NCBI RefSeq assembly: GCF_009914755.1 | Contig: NC_060927.1 | DNA length: 64,000 bases | Reading direction: 5' to 3' (one strand) | Source of the DNA: the human T2T-CHM13v2.0 reference genome, Homo sapiens | In this document: positions 11,549 through 24,970 of the stretch, in pieces | How the letters are laid out: each line of letters opens with the position of its first letter | Position numbering within the stretch: the stretch's first letter is position 1 | Program-made: the position numbers and the translations under genes | Notes under the pieces: model-generated | Database searches by the model: none | Seen by the model: the letters and a program-made list of their open reading frames with translations, nothing else | Told to the model about the DNA's origin: nothing

Positions 11549-14500
11549 GATACATGGTAACCCTTTCTAATTTTCATTTTTATTACCATGGAGATTGAAC
11601 AATTTTTAAGCATAAATTTACCTTGTGTGTGTGTATTGTGTGTGCATGTGTGTGTTTAAAAAATTCATATCCTTAGTTCCTTTTTCCTAGTTTAGTGGCA
11701 CAAATATTTAAATATTGGTTGGAAAAAAAATACTCTTCCAACCTACCTCAGATCTGTTGTATTTCGTAGCAAAGTCTGTGGCAGAGTCATGGTCATAGCT
11801 TTGATTACTTGAAGCTCTTTGAGGGCCAGGGGGCCAGGTCATGGTCTTACTCATTCCTGAATCCCCCAACACTTTGTGCCTATGTTTGTTGAACACAGAA
11901 AGTGCTCAACAAATGTTTGAATCAAATTGGACAGAATTAATGCTGCCAGCAAGCTGAGACTTCTTCCTTTAGCCTGGAGGTAGAACTGAGCTTTCCAGAG
12001 ATGTGTAGCATTTGCTCTTCTGTGTCTGTCTCACAGACCTACAGGGAACGAAGAAGAAGGTTAAACGAGGACAAGAAGCTCTGAAGGCACCATCCTCCAC
12101 ATTGACAGAACCATCTGGAGCATGAATTTGGGGAGAGCTTGGTTCTGAGACAGCGCTGCTCAGTCCCATGCAGACACCAGCCCTGCTCCCTGCTCCGATC
12201 AGAGTCATAAGCCACGATTCATGCTGTTAAGAGCAATTTTCATTCTTAACCTTTCTGGTATGTCTCTTCCTGATCAGTTTGTCAGCCACTCCCTTTCTCA
12301 AAGTATTTCTGTTCATGACACCTTAATTGATTTTCCATATTTTTCTGTCCAGAGCTCATTAAAATCTCATCTTCTTGCATATAATAATGTGCAAGTGTGG
12401 GAAGCACTGCTTTCCAAATTTCGGGTACTTTGAGTTTTGGAGTCTTTACACTCCATGGCATTCTTGGCCCTTTGCTGGGGAGGGAGATGATGAAGATCAA
12501 TCTGTCTTTCACCACCACTTCCAAAATATCCTGGGCAATGCCAAGAGAGGTATCCAGTGGCACATGAGAGCGCATGGAGAGATTACCTCTTTAACCTAGC
12601 CAAGTGTTGATTACCCAGCTATTGAAATGCCCCTTGCATATTCCTCGATCCGCCCCTCTCTCTGACGTAAACAAGGTGTCCTCTGCAGGTGAGGCTTCAG
12701 TGTCTGCTCCATACCAGTCACCTCCTTCTGTGCAGAATTCTGCATTTCCATTTCCATGAACTCACATAGTCTTCACAATAGCCCAAAGGTGGGCTGATGC
12801 CTTTAAACCCATTTTACTGACAGAGAAAGAAAGGATTGAGAAATCGGTGCACACAGTTCCCCAGTAGCTTCTGGATGGGCCCAGTCCTCCCCTCAAGCCT
12901 AATGTGCTTGCCATTCTGCACGTTTCAGTGAAAAGGCATTTTTCCAGGAGCAGGCTGAAATGTGGGCCAGCCACTCGCAGGGCTTAGGCAGTGAGTGCTC
13001 CTAGTGGTGGGAGCCCCGAGAGAGGACCTCTCCTGGTGGTTCAAGATTGTCTGATCAGGTGGTGAGGAGGAACACAGAAAAGGGCTTTGGAGGATCTGAA
13101 CAAAACCACGAATGAGCTAAGAGCAGCCTTTTGATTATTACTGTCGACCCCCAGGGGCCTGGCGGGAGGATGTTGGTGTTCATCGTCCCAAGCAGGAGTT
13201 GCCCAGTGGCCTGGATCCCAGGGGGCATGCGGGAGATTTTTCAGTGTCAGTGCAGACTCCAGCCTTGCCTGTCCCCGGGGCAGAGCTTCTAATAGGAGCC
13301 ACGGGTATTTTTAGTCTCACGTGTGCAGGCACAGGACAAGGCGAGCTGGACAGGAACAGCTAATAAGCCGCGGTCCTTATTAAGTTGGAAAGGATGAAAT
13401 GAGGGGATGAGGGGGAGCCTGGTGGAACTTTTCACACGTCTCATTTTCAGAGAACTCTCTTTCCATAATTCACAGAGAAATATTGAGGTCAGGGTGATTA
13501 TGCACAGGCCCAGTGGCAGAAGCCTGAAAGTGGGGCATGTTCAATTCCTGTGGCCTGCCGGTCCCCTCCCCACAGGGCTCTGCTCTGCCCTCCGGGCAAG
13601 GAGGTTGCGATGGAGGGATGAGCGGCTTTGGGGCTTGGCTGTCAAGGCTCCTGGGGTGGTGTGGGGGCTTTGAAAAGGACTAAATTAGAAACTGGTTCCT
13701 AATATGATATGCAAAGCCACAGGGGATAGTTGAGTGGTATCAACTATTATCCTGAGTTCATAGATGAGGAAATAGAGGCTCAGGGAGGTGTGGGACTTGG
13801 TAAGGTCACGTAGTTCAGAAGTGGCAGAGCTAGGATTCACACTCAGTGTCCTAGACCAAGGTCTATCATTATTTGCCCCCAAGGATAGGCAGTTGTGTGT
13901 AAGACCCATTGTTCATTTTACTTAACTCACAAACATCTTTTTTTTCTATGCCAACTCTGTATCAGGAACTTTATCACTGGAATGGGGCAGTGAGGATGAT
14001 ACAATTCCTGCTCTCAAGGAGCTCTCGATTTAGTGAGGGCAACATAGCATCAACTCCCAGCTGGACTTTGGTGCAGTGAGTGTGCAAGCTTGTCCTGTGG
14101 GCAAAGCAGACTGGGAAGTGAAATTGGCAGATTTCCAATCTTTGGTGTTGAGTGTGAGGACAGTCAGGTCTCCACTAGTACAGTCCATTTTCCTTCTGTA
14201 TGGCCTCTTCTGAGGTTGAGACTGGAGAGTGGGCTAGGAAGGGGCAAGTAAGTCCTCAGCCCCTTTCTGGGCCCTGCGGCTCTAAGCATTGTGATGCTTG
14301 GAGTCTGTGGCAGGAGTCCCTTAGTGAGGATATGGGCAAGGCTGGAATGCAGGTAGCACACGGGACTGGCTGTTGTCAGCTACCCACTTCCTCACCACCC
14401 CCATCTTTATGGTTTGAGAGCAATGGGAGAGAGAATGAAAATTGTGATTTGGGAGTGAAAACATTTTAGTGAGTTTCTTGCAGCCTTCCTGCCCAGCCCA

Positions 14501-15138
14501 AAGCCAGCCATGGCATATGTGCTTCTGTCCATCTATTTATCCCTCCACTCCACCGCATACTTGAGCACCATGCTCTTTCATATCCATCCATCCACTCCAT
14601 CTATCCGATCCATCCCACTTAGCTATTCCTTCCATTGAAACCTAGACACCACTGTGCAAACCATCAGCCAACCCCACCTTTCTGTTCCTTCCGCCTAATA
14701 TGCTTTGTCCATTCACCCATTCTTTATTCATTCAGTTACCCCCCTCCCCCATTCCCATCCAATTACGATTCCTTCATTCCATCTGTAATCAACACTATGT
14801 TCTAGGACTGTGTCTGATGTTGTGGGGACACACAGATGAACGAATCTCTCTCATGTAGTTGACCTAGAAGATAGTGTGTAGATCCACTTATGAAGATAAC
14901 AATGGAATTGAAGAGGGTCCCAAGAGAAGAAACACAAAGAATCTGGATGAAGGGGAAGAGACAGAGCTGAATGACGAGCAATTGAAATGCTTGGCACTCT
15001 CCTTTCTGGGAAGATATTATGAAAAGAGAGAGAAAGAGGATAAAGGGGAAAAAGGGAAGGAAGACAGGAAGGCTGGAAGGCTGGAAGGCAGGAGGCAGGA
15101 AGGAAGAGGGGAAGGAAGGAAGGAGTAGGGAAAGAAGG

Positions 15139-15819
15139 TGCTATGGGATGAATATTTGTGCCCCCCCCCCTCAAATTCATATGTTGAGATCCTAACTTCT
15201 AAGGTGATAATATCAAGAGGTGGAGGCTTTGGGAAGTGATTAAGTCATAAGGCTGGATCCCTCACAGATAGAATTAGTGCCCTTGTAAAAGCAGTTCGAA
15301 AAACCTTCTTTGATCCTTCCGCCATGTGAGAACATAGCAAGAAGGTGCCGGCTGGGCATGGTGGCTCATGCCTGTAATCCCAGCACTGCGGAGGCCGAGG
15401 TGGGTAGATCACCTGAGGTCAGGAGTTCGAGACCAGCTGGGCCAACAGGGTGAAACCCTGTCTCTACTACGAATACAAAAATTAGCTGGGTGTGGTGATG
15501 CATGCTGGTAATCCCAGCTACCCAGGAGGCTGAGGTAGGAGAATTGCTTGAACTCAGGAGGCAGAGCTTGCAGTGAGCCAAGATCACGCCATTGCTCTCT
15601 AGCCTGGGAGACAGAGTGAGACTTCATCTCAAAAAAGAAAAAAAAAAAAAAGAAGGTGCTGTCTTTGAACCAGGAAGTGTGCTCTCAACAAACACAGAAT
15701 TTGCTGCCACCTTCATCTTGGATTTCCCATTGTCTAGAGCTATAAGAAATAAATTTCTGTTGTCTATAAGCCACCCAGTTAATGGTATTTTGTAATAGCA
15801 GCCCAAATGAACTAAGACA
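15139..15819 (+). mobile_element. MLT1A-type LTR interrupted by an Alu
   Basis: Starts 'tgctatgg..caaattcatatgttgagatcctaa', ends 'aataaatttctgttg..agcagcccaaatgaactaagaca'. Confidence 0.85.
15350..15650 (+). mobile_element. AluS with TSD AGAAGGTGC
   Basis: Dimeric Alu with A-tail and flanking direct repeat. Confidence 0.95.
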
Positions 15820-18008
15820 GTGGTAAAGAAGGAAGAAAAAATATGTATTGGATGCCCACTCTATGCTGGGCCCTATGCTAGATGCCTTCACAATCTTAAT
15901 CATCCCAACAACCTTTTGAGGTGGTTAGTTGCCTGCATTTTAGAGATGAGGAACTGGGCTCCGAGAAGGCAGCTATTCAGCATGAATAAAACACAAAGAA
16001 CAGGGCTAGTTCAAATATGTTTGCTAATACAGAGCATCAGAGTGGAGTTTGAAGCAAACATGTCTAGGACAATTGAAAAGCATGCCACTTGACAGATAGC
16101 GTCTGGGCTGTGCTGCCTGAAGGTGTACGTGGATAGCAACCACAAAGTCTATCACTCAGTGAGAAGGAGGTGGTGGGCATGCACAGCTATTGGAGTCTGA
16201 TGCCAGGTTGTGCCTGTTTGACAGGGAACTAAACCATCCCTTGGCAGCTGTATCAGATCCAGGGTCCTACTGGAGGATTCCTGACCCTGGGCTCTCTGGC
16301 CAGAATTTGCCAGGTACCCTCAGTCCAGATCTGTGGGCATTCACACAGCCAGTTTAATGTCCAGCTTCGCTTTTCTGATCCAGGATCTCCTCTTGGGGAT
16401 GGGGATGGAGGTAGAGCAGAACCCCAGAGAGGAGAGGTCAGCTTTGCCTCTCACTGCTAATGCTTCAGCCAGGGCTCCATGTGCCCCAGATACAGGCCCC
16501 TCTGGCACCCAGGATGTGCACAGTTTTCTGCGGGTACATCATTCCTGGCACTTTCTAGGTCCACCCCGTGCTCATTGCTTGGTACCACCAAACTGTCCCC
16601 TGACTGTTCTGATGAGTCTCTGAGGACTATTGATTGACAGTCGCTGTCCCATGGCTGAAGTATTCACAAATGTTTAGGTAGGTGGCTCAAGTAACCAAGA
16701 GCTCTAGTAACATCCCAGGGTGAAGGGCTTGGTTGGGGTGAGGCAGATCAGCAGATCACTAGACAGATGCCTTCTCACTGCTGCAGAGCCTGTGGAGTAA
16801 GGATAAGGCAGAGGCTGGGGGAGAGTGTCAGTGTTAATTAGATATTCTAGAATCATAGAGCTCTCATTCACGTGAGCCCTGCTGCTGCCCACAAACCCCG
16901 GGGGCCTTCTATTCTCTGAAGTCAGTCTGTCCGTCTGCTCAGAAACCTACTTGGCTTTGTCTTTGCCAATTCCAGAGAGCAGCATTTGGGGGAAAGGGAG
17001 TGCAGGTTCTCAAGTCCTGGTGCTGGGTCCAGTGGATCATTCCCTGGCATGCGGGGCCCCGAGGGATATGGGGATGGGGAGAGTGGCTGCACCAGGCCTG
17101 AGTTACCTCAGCTGTCCTTCCTCTCCAGCTTTCCTCTTGGCATGGCGGGGCTGCCCACTGGCCAGCTCAGCTGTCCTCCTTGCTCACCATGTAATCCCTG
17201 CCAGGAAGAGAGGAGGGAAATCTGAGCCAGGCCTTCTCCCACTGCATCCTGCCATCCTGTCCTCCCTACAGCCAGAAGGGAGGGTAGGATGGGGTGGGGA
17301 CAGGGAAGAGCAGGGCTTGGGGAGAGCTTCTAGGCCTAGCTGCTGCTGGGCTGCTGCAGGGGTGGGCGGACTGTGGGGTGTGTGGGAACCACAAGACTCG
17401 GGCCTTCCCTCTGGAGCCTGCACCTAGGGGCTGCTCTGGCCTCCTCCGGCATTTGGACACCTGTTAGGCTGATTCAATTTACCGCCTGCTCTTTGCTTCC
17501 CTGTGTCTTGGAGAGCCCCTACTGGGTATTTTTATTTTCATCCTAAAAAGGCCGTCTAGGAACCAGGGAGTTGAAGTCCCAGCATTCCCAAGTGAGTCAC
17601 AGCTTCAGCCTCCTTATCTGTAACCCAGCAGCAATCACACCCTCTGTCCAGGGTGGAAGGCAAAATGAGGCAATGCAGAGTGTGCCCTCAGCACACAGCC
17701 AGGCACACAGTAGTGACTGCTCACAAGCAGCACCAGCCCAAACCTGAACCTAGGACACAAGCGCAGACATGCAGCCCTGTGGCTGACCTCACACTCGGGG
17801 CTTCTCTGGCATTTGGGATGGGAAGAGCAAGGACAGAGACAGCCCTCTGTGCATGTACCTCACTCTGGGATCTCAGATACATCAGGGTGGTGATGTGCGC
17901 ACAGGTGTTTGTGTGGGGTGGCTCTCTATGGCAAGGATGGGGCCATTTGTTTGCGTTTTCCTAGAACAGCCTACCTCCTGGCACATGACAGGTGTTTCTT
18001 TAAGCAGT

Positions 18009-18043
18009 TGTGTGTGTGTGTGTGTGTGTGTGTTTGTGTGTGT
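18009..18043. repeat. (TG)n microsatellite
   Basis: Read directly. Confidence 0.95.
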
Positions 18044-18991
18044 AAACAAGCCATTCGAACTTTAGCTACCCTACTAGTACCATGGAATGTTGGAAGAGTC
18101 TTTTCATTTTTTTGGCCCTGGTTTTCTCATCTGAGTAATGGGTATATTGATTCCTGCCTGAAGCTGCTGCTCTGAATTCAGCACTGGCTTGCTGCATGGC
18201 CTGCAGTAAATAAAGGGTTCCTTGACATCTGTTTCCCCTATCCCCCAGTGAAGATATTTTTCTCAGGTTGCTTTGGAGTCTGACCCAGGAAGAAGAGAAG
18301 GAAATGGTGGGAGCAACAGGGGCAGGGGAGGGAGCTCTGGCTTCTCAGCAGACACTCGCATGCTCTGTAGACTGAGGTGGGCAGAGCCACCCTCAGGTCA
18401 GGTGCACAAGGCCACTTCTGGTCCCACCCTGTAGGTCTGGGAGAAGTCCGGCAGGGGCTTCAGGGCACTCCAGACTGGCTTCTTCTCCCCATCTCCTGAT
18501 ATGAAGGGGATTGGGCTGGGGGAATGGGTCCAGGGCATCTACACTGCTGTGACCACTTCCTCTCAGTGAGAAAGGTCAGGGCTGGCCTGGTGTCCATGGG
18601 GGACTCCTACCTCCTGGTGCTGCCCCTGGATCTGGGGAAAGGCTACTGCATGCAAGGCTCCTCCCACCCCATCCAGTTCCCTGAGGCCAGGCTTCTGGCC
18701 CCTGGAGTGGCTGTTGCACAAGCAAGGTGGGAGCCTGGCCTGTTTCAAGGTTACCCAAGGCAGGCGGGCCCAGGGCTGGGCTTGGACCTGGATCACAGTG
18801 GTGACAGCAACCTGTTTGTGACAGTACAGTTTGCACTCCCCAGGTGGTCGCTGAAAAGCCACCACTGAGGGAGGGGCCTCCGTGATGAAAAGGGGCCTCT
18901 GGCCAAGGCCTGACAGCCATCTGTTCCCGGCCGCCAGCCCGGAGTCCTCCAGGAAGGGTGAAGACAGGGGAAGAGAGAGAGGGGAAACAGA

Positions 18992-18993
<2 letters not shown>

Positions 18994-19063
<70 letters not shown>

Positions 19064-19420
19064 ACAGAGCGAGACAGACAGAGACATTGAGAGACAGACA
19101 AACAGACACAGAGACATAGGGACAGACAGAGGAAGAAAGAACAGCAGAAAGGCAGAGAGACAAATATGGAGGAAAGATAGCCAGAGGAAGGGAACAAAGA
19201 CACTAAGAATGAGGATGAGAGAAGTCGAGGGGCAGAAAGAGACAGAGACCGAGACATAGGGAAAGAAACAGAAGGACAGGAAAGTCAGAGAGAGACAAAG
19301 AAAGACAGAGAGAACAACAGAAACAGAATGAAGGGAACCAAAGGGATCAAGAGACAGAGAGAGTGAGACAGGGAGAGATGAGAGAGAGACAGAGAGACAA
19401 GGAAATTCCCTGAGACAGAT
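18994..19420. repeat. (CA)n(GA)n microsatellite followed by GA-rich low complexity
   Basis: Read directly; explains the spurious 334/195/154/125-aa ORFs here. Confidence 0.9.
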
Positions 19421-19590
19421 TGAGAGGGTGCTTGTGCGCTGGCTGGCATCAAAGTGAGGGTAGAGAGACAAAGTCCTGGGCAAGCTCTCTGATGGAAGGA
19501 GGACCCTCATGAGCCAAATCCCTTCCAGCCTCAGCACGTTCAGAAGGAAGAAGCCACACGGGATCACAGCCTCTGGGCCCAGGGTCCTGA

Positions 19591-19780
19591 CAGTGGTTTT
19601 CAGACCTTAGTAGTCAGCAGACTCACCTGCGGGGCATGTGCAAATGCAGGTGCCTGGGACCAACCCAGAGTCTGATTCACAGGTCGGGGAGACGAGAAAT
19701 CTGTATTTCTAACCTGTTCCCAAAAAAGTCTTTCGTAGGGATTGTACCAATCACAATGAGAAATGCTGCACCAGGATATG
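19591..19780. mobile_element. MER5A-like DNA transposon
   Basis: 'cagtggttttcagac..tcacctg..aaatgcaggtgcctggg..tctgattca..aatctgtatttctaac'. Confidence 0.7.
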
Positions 19781-22357
19781 CCAAGCATTGGTCCCCCATC
19801 TCCCTCTCATCTCTCCCCAGACTGTGGAGCCCCTGAGTGGGCAGGGGGCAGGCAGGAGCCAGGGCACGAGGTGCTCTGAGGGTACTTTCTCCACAGTTGC
19901 TGGAGGCTTCCTATACCTTTTGCTTCACCAGCTAACAATCCCCCAGGAAGGGGTGGAGGCCCTTCATCAACCCCTGGAAGGGCAGCCTGGGAGGCACCTC
20001 GGAGGTCATGACTCAGTCCCAGCCACTCTGCACTGTTGGAGGAGTCTCTGTGGCCGGGCCAAGGCAAAAAAGACACATGACTCATTCATTTATCCAGCTC
20101 TGCTACGTGCCAGGCTCTGTCCTATCAGTTCATTTCATTCTCTTAAATAGATGAGGGATCCTCATTGATGCCACCTTAGGGATGAAGAAATGAGGTCTAG
20201 CGATGGCAAGTAACACACCCAAGGTCACAAAGCGAGTCAGTGGCACAGCCTGCACTAGAATCTGGGTCTGTTTTACCGGAAAGCCCATGCTCACTCCCAA
20301 CATCCCCTGTCCCCTGTGTCTTTTAATGACTCTATTGCCTCTCAGGCTGAGATCCCAAACTCAGCTCTGGGCTCCTCCCCCGCGTCCTCCCCATCCAATC
20401 GGTGTCCGAGGCTACCAGTGCCAGATCCACAACAGCTCTCATTCATCACCATCTTTTTCCATGGTATGCCTCTTCCCAGATTCAACCTTCATACCGCTGG
20501 CCCAGACCTCGGCAGTCATCTTCCAGCTCACTTCCCCCCGACTAATGTTGTTACATAAAGCACTGGAAGTGAGTGAGATGATTTTAAGTGGCTATCTTTC
20601 CAGGTACTCTAACAAAACAGAGCCTAAGGTAAATTTCCATGCTAACATTTTACAGGAGAGGAAGGGTGGGGGTGAAATTTCAGGGCAGCAAGCTTGAGGG
20701 GAATGCTGTGAGGTGGTGGCGGGAGAGGCAAATTCAGGGGGTGCATTACTGAGTTGGTCACAGTCTTCAGAACAAAGCTTCTTTCTTTGGGCACCTGGGT
20801 TGTTTCCAGAAAAAGAATCATGAAAACAGTATGTGTGCATGGGTGAAAGGACAAGGAATTTATCCCCTCCTTCTCATCTCTTAACTGGCACTGGTGAAAG
20901 TTCACCCGGGGGAAGACATTAATTTCCCTGCACTTCTAGGTTGTTGCTTGGGCAGCCATGAGACACACTGACTGGGTGTTCAGCTGTGGCCGCTCCCACA
21001 GTGGTGGGCATGATGGTGGCTGTGCCATGCCCAGCCCTCACCCCTTGAGAAGGCAGAGATGGCTGGTCTGTTGGGAGTTAAAGTGAGGAAGCCAGTGGCC
21101 AGGTTCTCTTCTGGGTAGGTGACCAAGACCCTGGGGCAAAGAGAGCCAAGCAGCTCTGCTGGGGATCATCAACTGGGTATGATACAGGAGGGCATCTTTT
21201 ATTGGTGAGTAAGATGATACAGAGCAAAGTAGGCAACAAATATAAATCAGTTTGGTCAAGTTCAAATTGTATTAAAAGATATATAGACTTGATAACAGGG
21301 AAACAACAGGGTCAATGGAACACTCACAGGTCTGCCTCCAGATGTATCTGCCCTGGTGACACATCCTGGGAGGGGACTCCTTGGCTCCAGGTGTGGTGGC
21401 CAGCATGCCTCATGCTCCGACCAGCATTGGGGTTCTGACTGAGGACAGACTTGCAGGAACCGCCTCACATCAGACCTCAGGTCTCTGCTAAAATCCTACT
21501 GATGGAAATACTTGGAACTGGAAGTGTGGACCAGTCTGGGTTGGTCTGGGGGCTACACTGTGATGCTGCCCTGGAAGGAGGAGTTGGCTGCCTGTAGAAC
21601 TGTGTAAACCCAAGTCTGCACTTGGAGAACTCTTGAGTCTCTCTGACCTACTGTTTCTTGTGCAACCCTGGCCAGGTCAGGGAGGGAGGAAGCCATGAAG
21701 CCTATGGTCATGAGAACTTCTTATCTGCCAAGCTGTCTACCTCGGCCTGAAGAGGAAGCTGAGGATAGAGAAAGGCTGTCCAGGTGTGAGCTGCTCAGGA
21801 GGGGAGCTTGCCAGCAGCCCTTAGCCCCCAGGAATTGAGCCCACCTAGAGTGGAGAGCAGAACTAGGAGGTGGCATTATAAAGTAATCACTTCCTTGACC
21901 ATCAAGACAAGCCAAGAACATATCATGGAGCTGCTTTTAGCAAAGCAGATTTTCAGTATCTTCTAAGTCACTTTCTGTCTGAGTGGTGTCCAGTTCACCC
22001 TCATGATAAAATCACTTATATTTTTTCTTTTAACTGAACTCTATGGTTCTTCAGGTTGACTACCACTCACATCTTGTAGATTTCCACATTTCCATTTTTC
22101 ACTTTCCATTTTTCCCTTGGATTGGTTTCTTAATAAAGCATATCTTATTGTCACATTTCCATCAAAGACCACCATGTCCATCTCTGCCACCTCCACTACC
22201 TCCACCACCTTCACTCCCAACCCCAACCCTCAAAGAACTCGTCTTATATTTCAGAGACCCTCAATTTTCAAATTAGCAAGCAATGAAAGGGAAGCTGACT
22301 GGTGCGGTCTAAGGAGCACAGACCATGTATTTAGGGCAGTATGCTTCCTTCTTCTTC

Positions 22358-22660
22358 CTTTTTTTTTTGAGACAGGGTCTTACTCTGTTACCTGAGCCTG
22401 GCTGGAATTCAGTGGCATGGTGGTCACTGCTCACGGCAGCCTTGACCTCCTGGGCTCAAACAATCATCTCACCTCAGCCTCTCGAGTAGCTGGGACTGCA
22501 GGCATGTGCCCCTACACGCGGCTTAATTTTTTAAATTTTTTTTGTAGAGAGAGGGTTTTGCCATGTTGCTGGCTGATTTTAAACTCCTAGGCTCAAGTGA
22601 TCTGCCCACCTCGGCCTCCAAAGGTGCTGAGATTACAGGCGTGAGCCACCACACCTGGCC
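22358..22660 (-). mobile_element. AluJ
   Basis: 'gagacagggtcttactctg..gcagccttgacctcctgggctcaa' (J-type diagnostics). Confidence 0.9.
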
Positions 22661-23172
22661 CTACTCTTTGTGAGCCTGTTCTTGGGGTTCTGGTCAGATA
22701 CTGTGTTGGGGTGATGTCCTGCCTTCATCCTCTACCCACTCCCTCCGCCCTGATACTTGTGGCCCACGTAATCCAGAAGTCTGGCAGTGCAGTAATGAGG
22801 AGGGGGGTCTTGGGCCCAAGTTGCTTTTCAGCTGGTTGGCATAGTATGGCTGCCCCAGGCTGCCCCAGGTACTATCAATTCTGATTGATCAGCTTCCGCA
22901 TGGTGTGGATCATTAAATATTTTGCACAACACCAGTGCTACCCCATGAGAACTGTGACTCAGTTTATTTTACTTATTGAGGAGGCTAATGGTGATTTCAG
23001 TGATGACAAAGCTCTTTAGCTCCATGGTTTCTGTAGGACTAAAGTGTCTGGTTAATTGAATCAAGATTTTAAATAAAAATAGAGCCAGTACATGTTAAAA
23101 AGATGGAATCTGGGGTATGGCAAATAATTTCTGTGCACAAGAAAAGGTTTTAATGGTTACCAACTAGATTAT

Positions 23173-23523
23173 TGCTATAGACTGAATGTTTATATCCCCT
23201 CAAAATTCATATGTTGAAACCTAATCCCCAATGTGATGATATTTGGAGATGGAGCCTTTGGGAAGTGATTGGGTCATAAGGACAGAGCCCTTCTGAATGG
23301 GATTAGTGCCCTTTTAAAAGAGACCCTGAGAGCTCCCTTGCCCTTTCTGCAATGAGAGGTTATGGTGAAAAGTCTACAGCAACCTGGAAGAGGGCCCTCA
23401 TCAGAACCCCACCATGCTGGGACCCTGATCTCAGACTTTCAGCCTCTAGAACTATGAGAAATAAATTTCTGTTGTTTATATGCCGATCAATAATAATTTA
23501 CTATAGCAGCCTAAATTAAGATA
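23173..23523 (+). mobile_element. MLT1A-type solo LTR
   Basis: Same consensus blocks as the LTR at 15139. Confidence 0.85.
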
Positions 23524-23859
23524 ATAATCCAAATCAAATATGATTTTTGAGGCTCTCTGAGCTATTTTCACAGAAAGTTTTACAAGCTATTTGCCTCCAA
23601 TATGAACACACTCTTCCCCAAACCACACACAGTCCCTTTGCATATAAAATTTAAATTTTGTTAAAAAAAGAGTTGCTAGCTATGGGGGTCCCTGATTTGA
23701 TGAAAACACTTGAGGAAATGCTCTGGGGGAATCTTAGATGGTCATAGTCAGAGCCTCCAGTGTGAAGAGAACAGAGTGGGGATCAATGGAGAAAATAAGG
23801 CAGTGTCCCATCATTGCAAGGAAGTTCCTTATGGAGTCAGCCAGCCATGGAACAAGAGA

Positions 23860-24970
23860 TGATGCTGTTGAGAATAAATGGTAAATTCCTAACTCTCACA
23901 TTAGCAGGACAGTGAAGTCTGATGACACCATGGCTGGCTGTGGATGAATGGACTACTTAGAAACTGAATATAAACTGTTACCGTAATTTTGGAGAGCTAT
24001 TTGGCAACATCTGATAAAACTGAAAAGTGTATACCTCATGAACCAGGTCAGATCATGTACATGGTTGCTTATCACAGCAGAGTTCATAAAGCTTAAAAAT
24101 GGGGAAATGTCTATGGCAGGAGGTATTGTATAAATCATGGAGTCCTCCCATACTGTATACTGTAGAGCAGTTACAATGCACTAGATCTACATGGAAACGT
24201 GTGGATGAACATCTACAACACAAAACTGAATGAATTAACTACAGTTAGAAGGATATTATAGTATGACATCATTTAGCTATAGTTTTAAAACATGCAAAAC
24301 AATATATATTGTCTACAGATACATACATTTGTGGTAAAAGTCTAAAAAATGAATAGAATGCACCACAACTTCAGAATAGTGTTTCCTCTGGGGCGGAAGG
24401 GAGAAGAAGGCATTGGAGAGGGATTCATAGAGATCATCAATACATGTGTCATATTTACTTTTTAAAAAAGATCTGACTACACAGCCATAAAAAAGAATGA
24501 AATCATGTCCTTTGCAGCAACATGGATGCAGCTGGAGTCCATTATCCTACGCGATCTAACTCAGAAACAGAAAAGCAAATACTGCATATTCTCACTTATA
24601 AGTGGGAGCTAAACAATGGCACACATGGACATAAAGAGGGGAACAATAGACACTGGGGCCTCCAAAAGAGGGCAGGGTGGAAGCGGGCTGAGGGTTGAAT
24701 GATCACCTATTGGGTACGATGTTCATTATTTGGGTAATGGGTGCATTAGAAGTTCAATCCCCACCAGTACTGCAATATACCCATGTAACAAATGTGCACA
24801 TGTATGCCTTATCTAAAATGAAATAAAATTAAAAGAAAATCTGAAGCAAACATAGAAGAAAAATGTTGACCTTTGTTCACTTCCAGTGGCGAGCATGTGG
24901 GTATTTGTGATATTACCAACTGTACTTTTCTGTATGCTTGAAACATTTCATAAGGAAAATAATAAATGTG
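23860..24970 (+). mobile_element. Old L1ME-like 3' end with a nested L1PB/L1MA 3' end (~24477-24835)
   Basis: Inner element: 'gccataaaaaagaatgaaatcatgtcctttgcagcaacatggatg..tctcacttataagtgggagctaaac' with A-rich tail. Confidence 0.8.

Noticed and set aside
18563-19567. 334-aa hydrophobic ORF and overlapping ORFs
   Set aside because: Translation of (CT)/(GT) low-complexity sequence.
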